From the NCBI GenBank assembly GCA_947477885.1, contig CANJUD010000004.1, positions 164,997 through 228,996 of the forward strand: 64,000 bases of DNA, given 5' to 3'. Source of the DNA: Bacteroidota bacterium (GTDB lineage Bacteria > Bacteroidota > Bacteroidia > UKL13-3). Under the pieces are notes generated by a model. The model saw nothing but the letters and a program-made list of their open reading frames with translations. It was not told the DNA's origin and ran no database searches. The position numbers and the translations under genes were made by a program. Position 1 is the stretch's first letter. Every line of letters starts with the position of its first letter. This document shows positions 52,217-62,081 of this stretch, piece after piece.

Positions 52217-55200
52217 ATGATTAACTATCTAAAAATCAATTTAAAAAGTATTGGGCTTGCTATTGCAGCTTTAATGCTCGTAAACTTTGGAGCGTCCGCG
52301 CAGGGCTTTCTCCGAAACTCAACCTCATCTTCCCAAACCTCGGGTATTACAATTACAGAGGTAGCTGGATTTGGAAATCCAACCTTCGACTGGGACTGCA
52401 ATGGTTCCGTAAACTCAACCAACGATGAGTTTGTTGAAATTACCAATACCAGCCCCGACTCCATCGATATTAGTGGTTGGAAAATGGGTGACAATACCAA
52501 CATCTATATTTTTCCCAATGGCACTATATTAGGCCCAGGAAAAAGGGCAGTGATATTCCAAAATGGCTCTGGTACCACTGGAAGCAATTTCACAGCCGGT
52601 CCATCAACTTTTAATCCTGGCGATAGCAATTATTGCTTCCAATGGAATACCGGTATATCAAACACATCGGATGCAGTGGGTATTCGTAACAAAAATAATT
52701 TATATGTGAGTGTTCGATTTGCAAGTGCAACGCTTAGTAGTACCTTTACAAGCGGCGGAACTTTAGTAGGAAACTCGACCAACAACTCTAGTACCTCTGG
52801 GGCATCATGGCATAGGGTTAATTATACCAGCGATTTATGGGTAACAAGTACTGTAATTAGTAAAACTTTTAACTGGAGTACTGGTAGTGTAGTTTTTAAC
52901 AGTCCGAATGGAACACCTGGCAGAGATACCACAGGCAAACAAATGACACCCCCTACTCGCACTGGCACACAATCCATTACTTTTGGCTCGCCTACTTCTA
53001 CTGGCATACCCATCACTACCTTAAATGATACTTGCTGGAACTGTCGCCGTATTATAGTTATTAATGCTGGGACAAGTGTTACTTTTACGCCAACTGACAC
53101 AGTAAGTTATACCGGTGTAAATGCAAATTTCGGCTCAGCATCCGACCAAGGCAGTGGCAATAAAATTGTATATGACGGCTTTGCAACAAGCAATCCTGTT
53201 ACAGTTACTGGACTTTCATCAAGCACCAAATATGCATTTAAAGTATATGCATACAACGGCAAATCTCCAGCATCGGATATATCATATAGAACTTCAGGTG
53301 CAGCAACTGATACACTTTCAACTATCGCCTCTACAAACCCAGCAGTTAATGTATCTGTAAGCAGCAGCACAGGGTCAGAAGCTGCAGGATCTGTTATTAC
53401 TGTTACTGCTACCGCTTCATTTGCAGTAACTGGAAACCAAACAGTAAGTATTGGTGTGAGTGGAACTGGAATTACTGCAAGCGATTATTCTTTGAGTAAT
53501 TCAACTATTACAATCTTAAATGGCAATACAACTGGCACAGTAAATTTTACTGTAGCTAACGATACGTTGGGAGAAGGAAATGAAGTAGCTAAACTTACCA
53601 TTAGCGGCCCTTCATCAGGAATTGACTTGGGAGCCACTGCTTTTCAAAATGTAACTATCAGTGATGATGAGCCTACTGTGTCTGTTAGTGCATCTTCAAG
53701 CTCAGCAACCGAAGGCGACAGTATCACTTTAACTGCTACGCTAAGCAGCAGCGTTTCAACTCCACAAACGTTAAATGTAGCCATAACGGGTACAAATGTT
53801 TCTGTTAGTGATTATAGTTTGGGTGCAACTACTATTATAATACCTGCAAATACTACAAGTGGAACCACTAAATTATATATTACAGATGACAACATTCGTG
53901 AAGCTACTGAAACTTTTACTGCTACCATAAGCAGTCCCAGTGTTCGCACTTCAATAGGCAGCCCTAGCACTTCGAATATTTCTGTAACTGATAATGATGA
54001 CCAGTTATCATTAAATGGTATCAATAACTATTCATCTGTTGAAGACTTCAATACCTTATTAACCAACTCAGGAAATCAATGTCCGCGTGGATGGTATTTT
54101 GCTGAAGCTGGAGCCAATGGAAATACTTTGTACGATACCACTTCAGGTGCTACTTCAACAGGAAATACCTATTCCTGCGGTGCATTCAATAGCAGCGACC
54201 GTTCTCTTGGAAGCCTAACTACTGGTCCACTTACACCTGTATATATTGGTGTAAATATCAAAAACAATACAGGTGGACTTATCACACATTTAAATGTTTC
54301 TTATGTAGGTGAGCAATGGCGTTCAGGTAGCAATGGTACTGATAAATTTATTTGCCAGTATAGTTTAAATGCAAGCAGTGTGAGCGATTCTAGTGGTACT
54401 TGGAACGCAGCGAATACACTTGACTTTACTGCTCCTGTAGTTTCAGGTAGTGGCCTATTAAACGGCAATGCTTTTGGCAACCGCACTACATTTTCCGATA
54501 TATCATTTCAGCTAGGAACGGGGCTAAGCAGTGGCTCATCTGTTTGGCTCAGGTTTGTGGATGTGGATATTGCAGGCAGCGACCATACAATTGCAATTGA
54601 TAGCTTTAGTGTGAAAGCATTAAACCTAACTCCTGTAAAATATTATTTAGGCTCGAGCGGAAATTGTGACAATACAAGTTCTTGGTGGAGTAATAATAAT
54701 AGTACTGGAACTCACCCAAATAATTTCACTGATTCATTACAACACTTTATTATAATGAACCAGAGTAATGCAACCATATCAAGTGCATGGACAGTAAGTG
54801 GTTTCCAAGCTAAAGTAATATTGGGTGACAGTAGTAATAATATAGCTTTTACCATTCCATCATCAAATGCTTTTACTGGAAACATTGACGTTAAATATAA
54901 AGGCAACCTTATTATGCAGAATAATACAGTACCAACTATTGGAACTATTGAAACAGGTTCAACAATAGAATATGGACAAAGTTCAGGTATTACTATTCCA
55001 AATTCATCTAACTATTATAATCTTACTTTCTCTGGTTCAGGTGTAAAAACTATTAGCAGTGGTACTACTACTGTAAACGGAAACTTCTTAGCCAACAATA
55101 CTGCTTTGGCTTTTCCAGCATCAGCAACTACCTTAAATTTAGGTGGGAATTATACATTATCTGGTAATGTTTCGCAAGCTGATACTACTCGTGCTTGGGG

Positions 55201-58200
55201 GATTTTTACAACAACCAATACAAATCAAACTATTAGCGGAAACGGGAATAGTGCTTATATATTTAGAGTTACATCTACCAAAACAAATAGCAACCTAACT
55301 TTAAGTAATGTGAGATTGGTTGTATTGGAAGATACGAGACTTTTATTCAGTGGAACTGCTAAATTTATTGATGGCGGAAATACTATCGTAGTTGGCGACG
55401 ATGCTGTGATGGGCGGAGTAGATAGTGCGTATGTATTAACCGGAACTATTGAGGTTAAAAACACTTCTGCAAGTTCATCTAACTTTCAGGCTGATGCTAC
55501 TTTTGGTGGTGTAATAGTAGCACGATTAAATAATTTGATTTTGAACACAGGCAATACCAATAACCCATCGGTATTGTTTGACGGTTCAAGTAACGATGTT
55601 TATATTAATGGTGACCTTACTATATTATCTACCAATTCTGGCAACATAAGCTTAAGCAGCAATACCTACCATATTAAAGGAAATTACAACAACTATCGTA
55701 ATTCTAATATTATATCATCAGCTACAAGTACTATTATATTTGATGGAACCTCATCGCAAAGTATGGGCACCGCATATACCAATGGCGAAACCTTGAATAT
55801 TGTTACACTTAGTAACTCAAATGGATTAAGTTTAACAGGCAAAATATCCGTAAAAGGTGTACTGAGTTTGAGTAATAATATATTAACCGCAAGTGGAAGT
55901 TCGAGTAGAGTAATATTAACTTCTACTGGTTCATTAACAAGAGGTACCGGGTATATTAATGGTATCTTGCAAAAGAATGTGGCTACTGGTAGTAATGTAA
56001 CCAGCACTTTTGAAATTGGAAATGCTTCACAATATCTTCCCGTATCAATCACCTTTGCAAGTGTTACAACATCGGGCAATTTAGCTTTAAGTTCAATTGC
56101 AGCAAATCAAGCAAATATAGCCAGTGTATGCATTGATGCTGCCAAAACAATCAAACGCAATTGGACTTTTGAAAACAATGGTATTATATATACAAACTAT
56201 AATACGACGGTTACTTTTGCTGGTGCTGATACTACTGCAGGTGGTGCACATACAAACGCACTTGCAGCTGCGGTTTATAAGACATCTTGGTTTGCTGCCA
56301 ATATTGCTAGTCATACCGATTCTACAGTTACTTTAAGCAATATAGATAGTTTGGGCGATTTGCAATTGGGCGAACAGCGTGTGCTTACTTCTAATTTTGT
56401 TACTTCGGCAAGTAGTGCTTGTCAGAATTTAAATATAACAGTTACTTATACGGGTAATGGTTCCAATACTGCTAATTATACGTGGGATTTTAATGGAGCA
56501 ACCATTGTTAGCGGTTCAGGCAAAGGTCCTTATACAATTAAATGGTCAACTACTGGAACTAAAAATTTAAGTTTATCAGTAAGTGAAAATGGATGTACAA
56601 GCAATACCACCAATTTAAATATTTCAGTTTCTCAAAATGGCTGGACAGGTAGTATTGACAATGATTGGAATAAACCTGGAAACTGGTGTACCAATATTGT
56701 TCCTAACATTGGAACCAATGTATTAATACCATCAGGAGTTACAAATATGCCTATAGTAAGCAGTGCTGCAAATTGTAAAACCTTAACTATTGCAAACAAT
56801 GCAACTCTGATAATTATTACTGGTGGCAAACTTACCATTGATAGTATATATACCCGCAACGGACAGCTTGAACACATTGGAGGTTATCTAGTTTTAAATT
56901 TCCCTCAATTACTTGCTGCTGACACACACCATGTTCTTACTTTAAATGGTATAGGTGCATATACACTTAGTGGTAATATACAAATCAATAATTTAATTAC
57001 TATTGGAACAGGGACAACTTTGAACGATGGCGGTAACATTATTAAAATCACCAAAGATATTATAAATAACGGAACACATACAGGTACCGGTAAAATGGTA
57101 TTTAGCAGTGCAGCATCACAAACTATTAGTGGAACTGGAAATACCTACAAAAATATTGAACTAATATCGTCAAGTACTTTGCGTACAGCAAATAATATGA
57201 CAGTATTGGGCAGTATTGGTCTCAATCCTGGGTCATTATCTTATCAAGGTTTTAATTTTACAATTGGCAGTACTAGTAGCTCAGATAGTAATAAAGTGTA
57301 TGGCAATGGTTTGTTAGTAAATACCAGCAATACAGGCACTTTGACTATTTTAGGAGATACTGGTGCGGCTAGATTAATTGGTTTAAGAGTTCATTCAAAA
57401 GCAACAGTTATAGTTAACCGCTCAAAAGGTGTAAAATTAGGTGGCGACATGGTATTGGGCGGACTACTAAACTTAACTTTAGGCACATTAGATATGAATG
57501 GCAATAGTTTATCTATTGGAACTGTAAGTACCTCGACCGGCGGTGTAACTACAAGTGCGGGTTCTATTACGAATTCAGGATCAACAGGTTCATTTACTAT
57601 ATGTGGAAACTTTGCAGCAAGTGCAGTCACCAATTTAAAATTGGGTAGTCAGTACAAAGCTACTGTTTCATTGCCAAGTGGTGTTACCTTAGGACAAGGC
57701 TGCAATGTTTCAAGTTTGTTTGCTATATCAAATGGCTTTGTAAACTTAAATGGATACACTGTTGCGCTCGGTGGCAATGCAACCATAAGTGAAGGTGCAG
57801 GACAAACATTTAGAGGTAATAGTGGTTCAGTGCAAATTTCTAAAACTTATTCAGCCCCACTATCTAATACCAACCCTGGTGGATTAGGTTTAACCTTGTC
57901 GACTAATAACAATCCCGGCACAGTTACTATAATTCGTTCACATGAAGTATTCACAAATGGTTCGGGCAATAGTATAAAACGCAATTTCCAAGTAACAGCT
58001 AGTAATACTAGTGGTCTTAGAGCTACTAATCTATTAGTTAATTATGATAGTACGGAGTTAAATGGATCTAACAGAAATTTCTTACGTTTAAATAGCTCTA
58101 CCAATAGTGGAAGCACTTGGACAACCATCGCTCCAGTAATACGCACTTATGCAAACACTGCATCTGGGTACGCTGGAAGCAATAGTTCTACCATGAGTTT

Positions 58201-58510
58201 GTCATCTGCTATCATATATACTTTAAGCGATTCGCTTAATTCACCTTTACGTGTTCTTCAAAATATTGACCCTGTAAACCAATCGGTTAGCAACAATAAA
58301 GTATGGCCAGTTCCATTTAACGACAATTTGAATATACAAGTTGATGAATTGTCTAATATTTCTATATATGATATGGAAGGAAAACTAGTTGCGAATGCAA
58401 AAGCCAATGGCCTTACAACTATCAATACTAACATGTTACCTTTTGGAGTATACACATTAAGAATCGACTCGAATGGAGGAAGCTCGGTTCACAAAATTGT
58501 AAAACAATAA
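52217..58510 (+). CDS. Giant (2097 aa) T9SS type A surface protein with lamin-tail, FN3, Calx-beta, PKD and beta-helix regions
   Basis: ITEV...DEFVEITN...DISGWKMGD; Calx-beta-like TVANDTLGEGNE / ITDDNIREATE; CTD VWPVPFND...IYDMEGK. Confidence 0.85.
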   Translation: MINYLKINLKSIGLAIAALMLVNFGASAQGFLRNSTSSSQTSGITITEVAGFGNPTFDWDCNGSVNSTNDEFVEITNTSPDSIDISGWKMGDNTNIYIFPNGTILGPGKRAVIFQNGSGTTGSNFTAGPSTFNPGDSNYCFQWNTGISNTSDAVGIRNKNNLYVSVRFASATLSSTFTSGGTLVGNSTNNSSTSGASWHRVNYTSDLWVTSTVISKTFNWSTGSVVFNSPNGTPGRDTTGKQMTPPTRTGTQSITFGSPTSTGIPITTLNDTCWNCRRIIVINAGTSVTFTPTDTVSYTGVNANFGSASDQGSGNKIVYDGFATSNPVTVTGLSSSTKYAFKVYAYNGKSPASDISYRTSGAATDTLSTIASTNPAVNVSVSSSTGSEAAGSVITVTATASFAVTGNQTVSIGVSGTGITASDYSLSNSTITILNGNTTGTVNFTVANDTLGEGNEVAKLTISGPSSGIDLGATAFQNVTISDDEPTVSVSASSSSATEGDSITLTATLSSSVSTPQTLNVAITGTNVSVSDYSLGATTIIIPANTTSGTTKLYITDDNIREATETFTATISSPSVRTSIGSPSTSNISVTDNDDQLSLNGINNYSSVEDFNTLLTNSGNQCPRGWYFAEAGANGNTLYDTTSGATSTGNTYSCGAFNSSDRSLGSLTTGPLTPVYIGVNIKNNTGGLITHLNVSYVGEQWRSGSNGTDKFICQYSLNASSVSDSSGTWNAANTLDFTAPVVSGSGLLNGNAFGNRTTFSDISFQLGTGLSSGSSVWLRFVDVDIAGSDHTIAIDSFSVKALNLTPVKYYLGSSGNCDNTSSWWSNNNSTGTHPNNFTDSLQHFIIMNQSNATISSAWTVSGFQAKVILGDSSNNIAFTIPSSNAFTGNIDVKYKGNLIMQNNTVPTIGTIETGSTIEYGQSSGITIPNSSNYYNLTFSGSGVKTISSGTTTVNGNFLANNTALAFPASATTLNLGGNYTLSGNVSQADTTRAWGIFTTTNTNQTISGNGNSAYIFRVTSTKTNSNLTLSNVRLVVLEDTRLLFSGTAKFIDGGNTIVVGDDAVMGGVDSAYVLTGTIEVKNTSASSSNFQADATFGGVIVARLNNLILNTGNTNNPSVLFDGSSNDVYINGDLTILSTNSGNISLSSNTYHIKGNYNNYRNSNIISSATSTIIFDGTSSQSMGTAYTNGETLNIVTLSNSNGLSLTGKISVKGVLSLSNNILTASGSSSRVILTSTGSLTRGTGYINGILQKNVATGSNVTSTFEIGNASQYLPVSITFASVTTSGNLALSSIAANQANIASVCIDAAKTIKRNWTFENNGIIYTNYNTTVTFAGADTTAGGAHTNALAAAVYKTSWFAANIASHTDSTVTLSNIDSLGDLQLGEQRVLTSNFVTSASSACQNLNITVTYTGNGSNTANYTWDFNGATIVSGSGKGPYTIKWSTTGTKNLSLSVSENGCTSNTTNLNISVSQNGWTGSIDNDWNKPGNWCTNIVPNIGTNVLIPSGVTNMPIVSSAANCKTLTIANNATLIIITGGKLTIDSIYTRNGQLEHIGGYLVLNFPQLLAADTHHVLTLNGIGAYTLSGNIQINNLITIGTGTTLNDGGNIIKITKDIINNGTHTGTGKMVFSSAASQTISGTGNTYKNIELISSSTLRTANNMTVLGSIGLNPGSLSYQGFNFTIGSTSSSDSNKVYGNGLLVNTSNTGTLTILGDTGAARLIGLRVHSKATVIVNRSKGVKLGGDMVLGGLLNLTLGTLDMNGNSLSIGTVSTSTGGVTTSAGSITNSGSTGSFTICGNFAASAVTNLKLGSQYKATVSLPSGVTLGQGCNVSSLFAISNGFVNLNGYTVALGGNATISEGAGQTFRGNSGSVQISKTYSAPLSNTNPGGLGLTLSTNNNPGTVTIIRSHEVFTNGSGNSIKRNFQVTASNTSGLRATNLLVNYDSTELNGSNRNFLRLNSSTNSGSTWTTIAPVIRTYANTASGYAGSNSSTMSLSSAIIYTLSDSLNSPLRVLQNIDPVNQSVSNNKVWPVPFNDNLNIQVDELSNISIYDMEGKLVANAKANGLTTINTNMLPFGVYTLRIDSNGGSSVHKIVKQ

Positions 58511-58518
58511 CAATAATT

Positions 58519-58553
58519 AGTATAAAGACAAAAGTATAAAGTATATAGTACAA
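58519..58553. repeat. Heptamer array (AGTATAA family) x5
   Basis: AGTATAA AGACAAA AGTATAA AGTATAT AGTACAA. Confidence 0.7.
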
Positions 58554-58589
58554 AAAGCCTCTTTGCCATTTTGGTGAAGGGGCTTTTTT
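58552..58589 (+). terminator. Intrinsic terminator
   Basis: AAAAAGCCTCTTTGCCA-TTT-TGGTGAAGGGGCTTTTTT. Confidence 0.8.
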
Positions 58590-58637
58590 GTTTTAGATAT
58601 ATAGAACAAAGATGAAAGACTAGAAGAAGTAAATATG

Positions 58638-58674
58638 GCGTCAGCCCATTAACAATTAACAATTAACAATTCAG
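58638..58674. repeat. GCGTCAGC cap + (AATTAAC) heptamers
   Basis: GCGTCAGC-C-CATTAAC AATTAAC AATTAAC AATTCAG. Confidence 0.75.
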
Positions 58675-58777
58675 CATGAAGCCCCCCGTTTCACCACCGA
58701 ATTTCACCTCTTGAACTAATTCACTTTGAGGCAATGTACATTTAACTGTAAGTTCGCAGTCGTAAATTAACAGTACA

Positions 58778-59836
58778 TTGCCCTACAAACGCACCAAGAG
58801 CAAGTTACACCAATGGGTGTTCAATCGACGCAATAAGATATCATTGCTACTAGCAGCTATTAGTGCTATTTTCAGGTATTATGTTTTCCCTAACCTCGAT
58901 TGGTCTTGGCATTGCGAAACCTTCATCATCATTTTCTTTGTATGGGCTATCTTATTGAATAGTGCTGCATGGGTCGAACGTTTTTTGAACTGCCATTATC
59001 CACACCAACGCAATGTGGCCAAGCGTATCGCCTTGCAGATACTGATGGGTATGTCGATTATGACTATTATACAGCTCATTTTTAATGCATTCTTTTTAAA
59101 TCACATTTTCGATTATGCCATGCAAAATCGCATGTATCCAGAATTGTTAAATCACCTTGAATATATATTTGTAACTGGAAACTTATTCTTATCGTTTGTT
59201 GTAAATTTATTATATGTAAGCGACCATTTTATCAAAGAATGGAAAACTACATTGATACATAATGAACGAATCAAAAAAGAATCGGCGATGTTGCAGTTTG
59301 AGAATCTGAAAAACCAACTAAATCCGCATTTTCTTTTTAATAGTCTTACTTCATTAAATAGTTTGATCTATGAAAACCAACAACTGGCTTCTGAGTTTTT
59401 GCAACAACTTTCGAAAGTATATAGATATTTATTGTTGCACAAAGATGATAACTTGGTAAAACTTGGAGAAGAATTACAATTTATCAATAGCTTTGTGATG
59501 CTACTCCACACCCGTTTCGACGGACAATTGCAGATAGAAATAAATGTGCCCGAAGAAGATAAACTTCTTACCATCGTACCAGTTACAACTCAAATTTTAA
59601 TTGAGAATGCTATTAAACATAATATAATATCCGCATCGAAACCATTACACATAAAAATATATACAAAAAACAAATACCTAGTAGTAGAAAATAATCTGCA
59701 ACGTAAATCCATCGTAGAAACATCTAACAAGCTCGGACTAGAAAACATGAAAAAGCTCTACCAAATTATTGCAAACAGAGACGTTGAAATTGTAGAAAAT
59801 GAGCATACTTTTGTCGTAATAGTTCCATTACAGTAA
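58778..59836 (+). CDS. LytS/YehU-family sensor histidine kinase
   Basis: TM N-terminus; LKNQLNPHFLFNSL; QILIENAIKHN. Confidence 0.92.
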   Translation: MPYKRTKSKLHQWVFNRRNKISLLLAAISAIFRYYVFPNLDWSWHCETFIIIFFVWAILLNSAAWVERFLNCHYPHQRNVAKRIALQILMGMSIMTIIQLIFNAFFLNHIFDYAMQNRMYPELLNHLEYIFVTGNLFLSFVVNLLYVSDHFIKEWKTTLIHNERIKKESAMLQFENLKNQLNPHFLFNSLTSLNSLIYENQQLASEFLQQLSKVYRYLLLHKDDNLVKLGEELQFINSFVMLLHTRFDGQLQIEINVPEEDKLLTIVPVTTQILIENAIKHNIISASKPLHIKIYTKNKYLVVENNLQRKSIVETSNKLGLENMKKLYQIIANRDVEIVENEHTFVVIVPLQ

Positions 59837-60044
59837 ACAGTAGTCAGTAGTCAGTAGTCAGTAGTCAGTAGTCAGTAGTCAGTAGTCAGTAGTCAGTAGT
59901 CAGTAGTCAGTAGTCAGTAGTCAGTAGTCAGTAGTCAGTAATCAGTAGTCAGTAGTCAGTAGTCAGTAATCAGTAGTCAGTAGTCAGTAGTCAGTAGTCA
60001 GTAGTCAGTAGTCAGTAATCAGTAGTCAGTAGTCAGTAATCAGT
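59831..60044. repeat. Long tandem heptamer array, 30 units (CAGTAGT with CAGTAAT/CAGTAAA variants)
   Basis: Begins inside the kinase stop codon; ends at GCCATACGGC. Confidence 0.97.
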
Positions 60045-60095
60045 GCCATACGGCAGATACTTCGCTACTACCAATTACTGCTCACTAAAAAATGT

Positions 60096-60339
60096 GCGTT
60101 AGCTACTGACAACTGTTTACTGACTACTGCTCACTAAATATGAAAATAATAAATGGCTTCATCAAATCACTAAAATAACTAACCCCTAAAAAATCAGGCG
60201 TCAGCCACTGACTACTGATTACTGACCACTGTTTACTAAATATGAAAATAATAAATGGCTTCATCAAATCAATAAAATAACTAACCCCTAAAAAATCAGG
60301 CGTCAGCCACTGACTACTGACCACTGACCACTGTTTACT
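60096..60339. repeat. Two 102-bp cassettes with inverse heptamer arms, GCGTYAGC caps and mini-ORFs MKIINGFIKS(L/I)K
   Basis: Mini-ORFs at 60140-60178 and 60242-60280; caps at 60096, 60198, 60300; a third copy is at 62492-62530. Confidence 0.9.
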
Positions 60340-60342
60340 ACC

Positions 60343-61107
60343 ATGATTAAAACCCTAATAATAGAAGACGAACCCTTAGTAGCTAAGGACTTAATGCATC
60401 AGTTAAAAAAACTGAACGAGGAAATTGAAATTATCACAACGCTGAGCAGCACTGCTGAGGCAATAGAATGGTTTCAAAATAACCCACAGCCCGATTTGAT
60501 ATTTATGGATATACAATTGAGCGACGGTGTAAGCTTCGACATTTTGAAAGCTGTGAAAGTAACCGCTCCTATCATTTTCACTACGGCTTACGACCAATAT
60601 GCAATCCAAGCGTTTAAACATAATAGTATTGATTATTTGTTAAAACCTATTGATGCGGAAGAACTTCAACATGCCTTCGATCAGTATAATATATATATAT
60701 CTGAGAGCGGTGATTTTACTGTAAAAATAAAAGGTTTATTGGCTAAGCTGAGTGAGGCTGCAGGCAAATATAAAGAACGTTTTATGGTGCAAACCCGAAA
60801 TACGCTCATGCCAGTCCCGGCTAGTGATATCGCTTATTTTTCAAAAGAAGAATTAATATATATATATACCAAAGAAAACCAACGCTATCTCTCGGAGAAT
60901 AATAGCATGGAAGAACTTGAGGAGTTTTGCGATCCTAAATTATTTTACCGGGCTAACAGGCAAGTAATTATTAATGTGGATATGATAGAACGTGTAAAAA
61001 GTAGCTATAACGGAAAACTATTGGCAGTGCTCAAACCGCCCTTTGCTATGGAGATAGACATAAGCCGCGAGAAAGCATCTGATTTTAAAGAATGGCTCGA
61101 TTCGTAG
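60343..61107 (+). CDS. LytTR-family response regulator
   Basis: IIEDE, DLIFMDIQL, FTTAYD, DYLLKP; FYRANRQ; ISREKA. Confidence 0.95.
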   Translation: MIKTLIIEDEPLVAKDLMHQLKKLNEEIEIITTLSSTAEAIEWFQNNPQPDLIFMDIQLSDGVSFDILKAVKVTAPIIFTTAYDQYAIQAFKHNSIDYLLKPIDAEELQHAFDQYNIYISESGDFTVKIKGLLAKLSEAAGKYKERFMVQTRNTLMPVPASDIAYFSKEELIYIYTKENQRYLSENNSMEELEEFCDPKLFYRANRQVIINVDMIERVKSSYNGKLLAVLKPPFAMEIDISREKASDFKEWLDS

Positions 61108-61228
61108 AATTACGAATTGCGAATTGCGAACTGGCTAACGCCTGATTCATATACTGCCTGTGGTTGTGTCTTTTGACCAACCACACTTTTAGCCACTATT
61201 CGTAATTTTTAATTCGTAATTCGTAATT
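61105..61228. repeat. Inverted heptamer arms (RCGAATT / AATTCGT) around a TGTGGTTG...CAACCACA hairpin
   Basis: Left arm starts in the lytTR stop; GCTAACGC (reverse-complement cap) at 61134-61141; right arm 61197-61228. Confidence 0.85.
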
Positions 61229-61243
61229 ATCTGAATTCCTATT

Positions 61244-61251
61244 TACCTTTG
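61244..61251 (+). promoter_or_regulatory. -7 promoter element (TACCTTTG)
   Basis: TAnnTTTG 4 nt before ATG 61256. Confidence 0.6.
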
Positions 61252-61255
61252 CTAC

Positions 61256-61825
61256 ATGGCAACTAAAATATATACAAAGACCGGAGACAAAGGCAGCACA
61301 GGACTTATAGGCGGCAAGCGTGTTTCCAAATCGCATGAGCGGATTGAGGCTTATGGCACTGTAGATGAACTTAATTCATACTTAGGATTGGTAAGTGATG
61401 CCATTACTATTGATAGCAAAAAAGAAGAACTAAAATATATCCAAGACCGCTTGTTTACGGTTGGTTCTAACTTGGCTTGCGACGATGAAAATGCCAAAAT
61501 GATTCTCCCCGACCTCACTGAAAATGATATAACACTTCTCGAAAAATACATCGACCAAATGGATACAGAATTGGAACCTCTCAAAAACTTTATTATACCC
61601 GGCGGACATATACATATATCATACTGCCACATTGCACGCTGCGTGTGCCGCAGGGCCGAGCGACTCTGTGTGCAACTAATGGAGCATAGTTTTGTGCCAC
61701 CGCTTATTATACAATATTTAAATAGATTGAGCGATTATCTATTTGCTTTATCACGTTATATAGGGAAGCATTTGGGAGTAGCAGAGATTGTATGGGAACC
61801 GAGAAAAGTAAACAGTAGTCAGTAG
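61256..61825 (+). CDS. pduO: ATP:cob(I)alamin adenosyltransferase (PduO type)
   Basis: KIYTKTGDKGST, AYGTVDELNS, ARCVCRRAER, YLNRLSDYLF. Confidence 0.93.
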   Translation: MATKIYTKTGDKGSTGLIGGKRVSKSHERIEAYGTVDELNSYLGLVSDAITIDSKKEELKYIQDRLFTVGSNLACDDENAKMILPDLTENDITLLEKYIDQMDTELEPLKNFIIPGGHIHISYCHIARCVCRRAERLCVQLMEHSFVPPLIIQYLNRLSDYLFALSRYIGKHLGVAEIVWEPRKVNSSQ

Positions 61826-62026
61826 TCAGTAAACAGTAGTCAGTAAACAGTAGTCAGTAAACAGTAGTCAGTAAACAGTAGTCAGTAAACAGTAGTCAGT
61901 AAGCAGTAGTCAGTAAACAGTAGTCAGTAAGCAGTAGTCAGTAAGCAGTAGTCAGTAAGCAGTAGTCAGTAAGCAGTAGTCAGTAAGCATTAGTCAGTAA
62001 ACAGTAGTCAGTAATCAGTAATCAGT
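61806..62026. repeat. Long tandem heptamer array, 31 units, largely a 14-bp dimer (CAGTAAA/G + CAGTAGT)
   Basis: Supplies the last codons and stop of pduO; ends at TT-GCTGACGC. Confidence 0.97.
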
Positions 62027-62081
62027 TTGCTGACGCCGAATGGCACTGACTACTGTTTACTGACTACTGACCACTAAAATT

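Noticed and set aside
58689..58725. TTCAC direct repeats as LytTR binding sites
   Set aside because: Spacings (13 and 17 bp) are irregular; not supportable.
60124..60324. 66-aa minus-strand ORF with an internal duplication
   Set aside because: It is the antisense reading of the 102-bp cassette repeat.
60096..60339. CRISPR array
   Set aside because: The would-be spacers are near-identical to each other and to the four-helix gene end; no cas genes.
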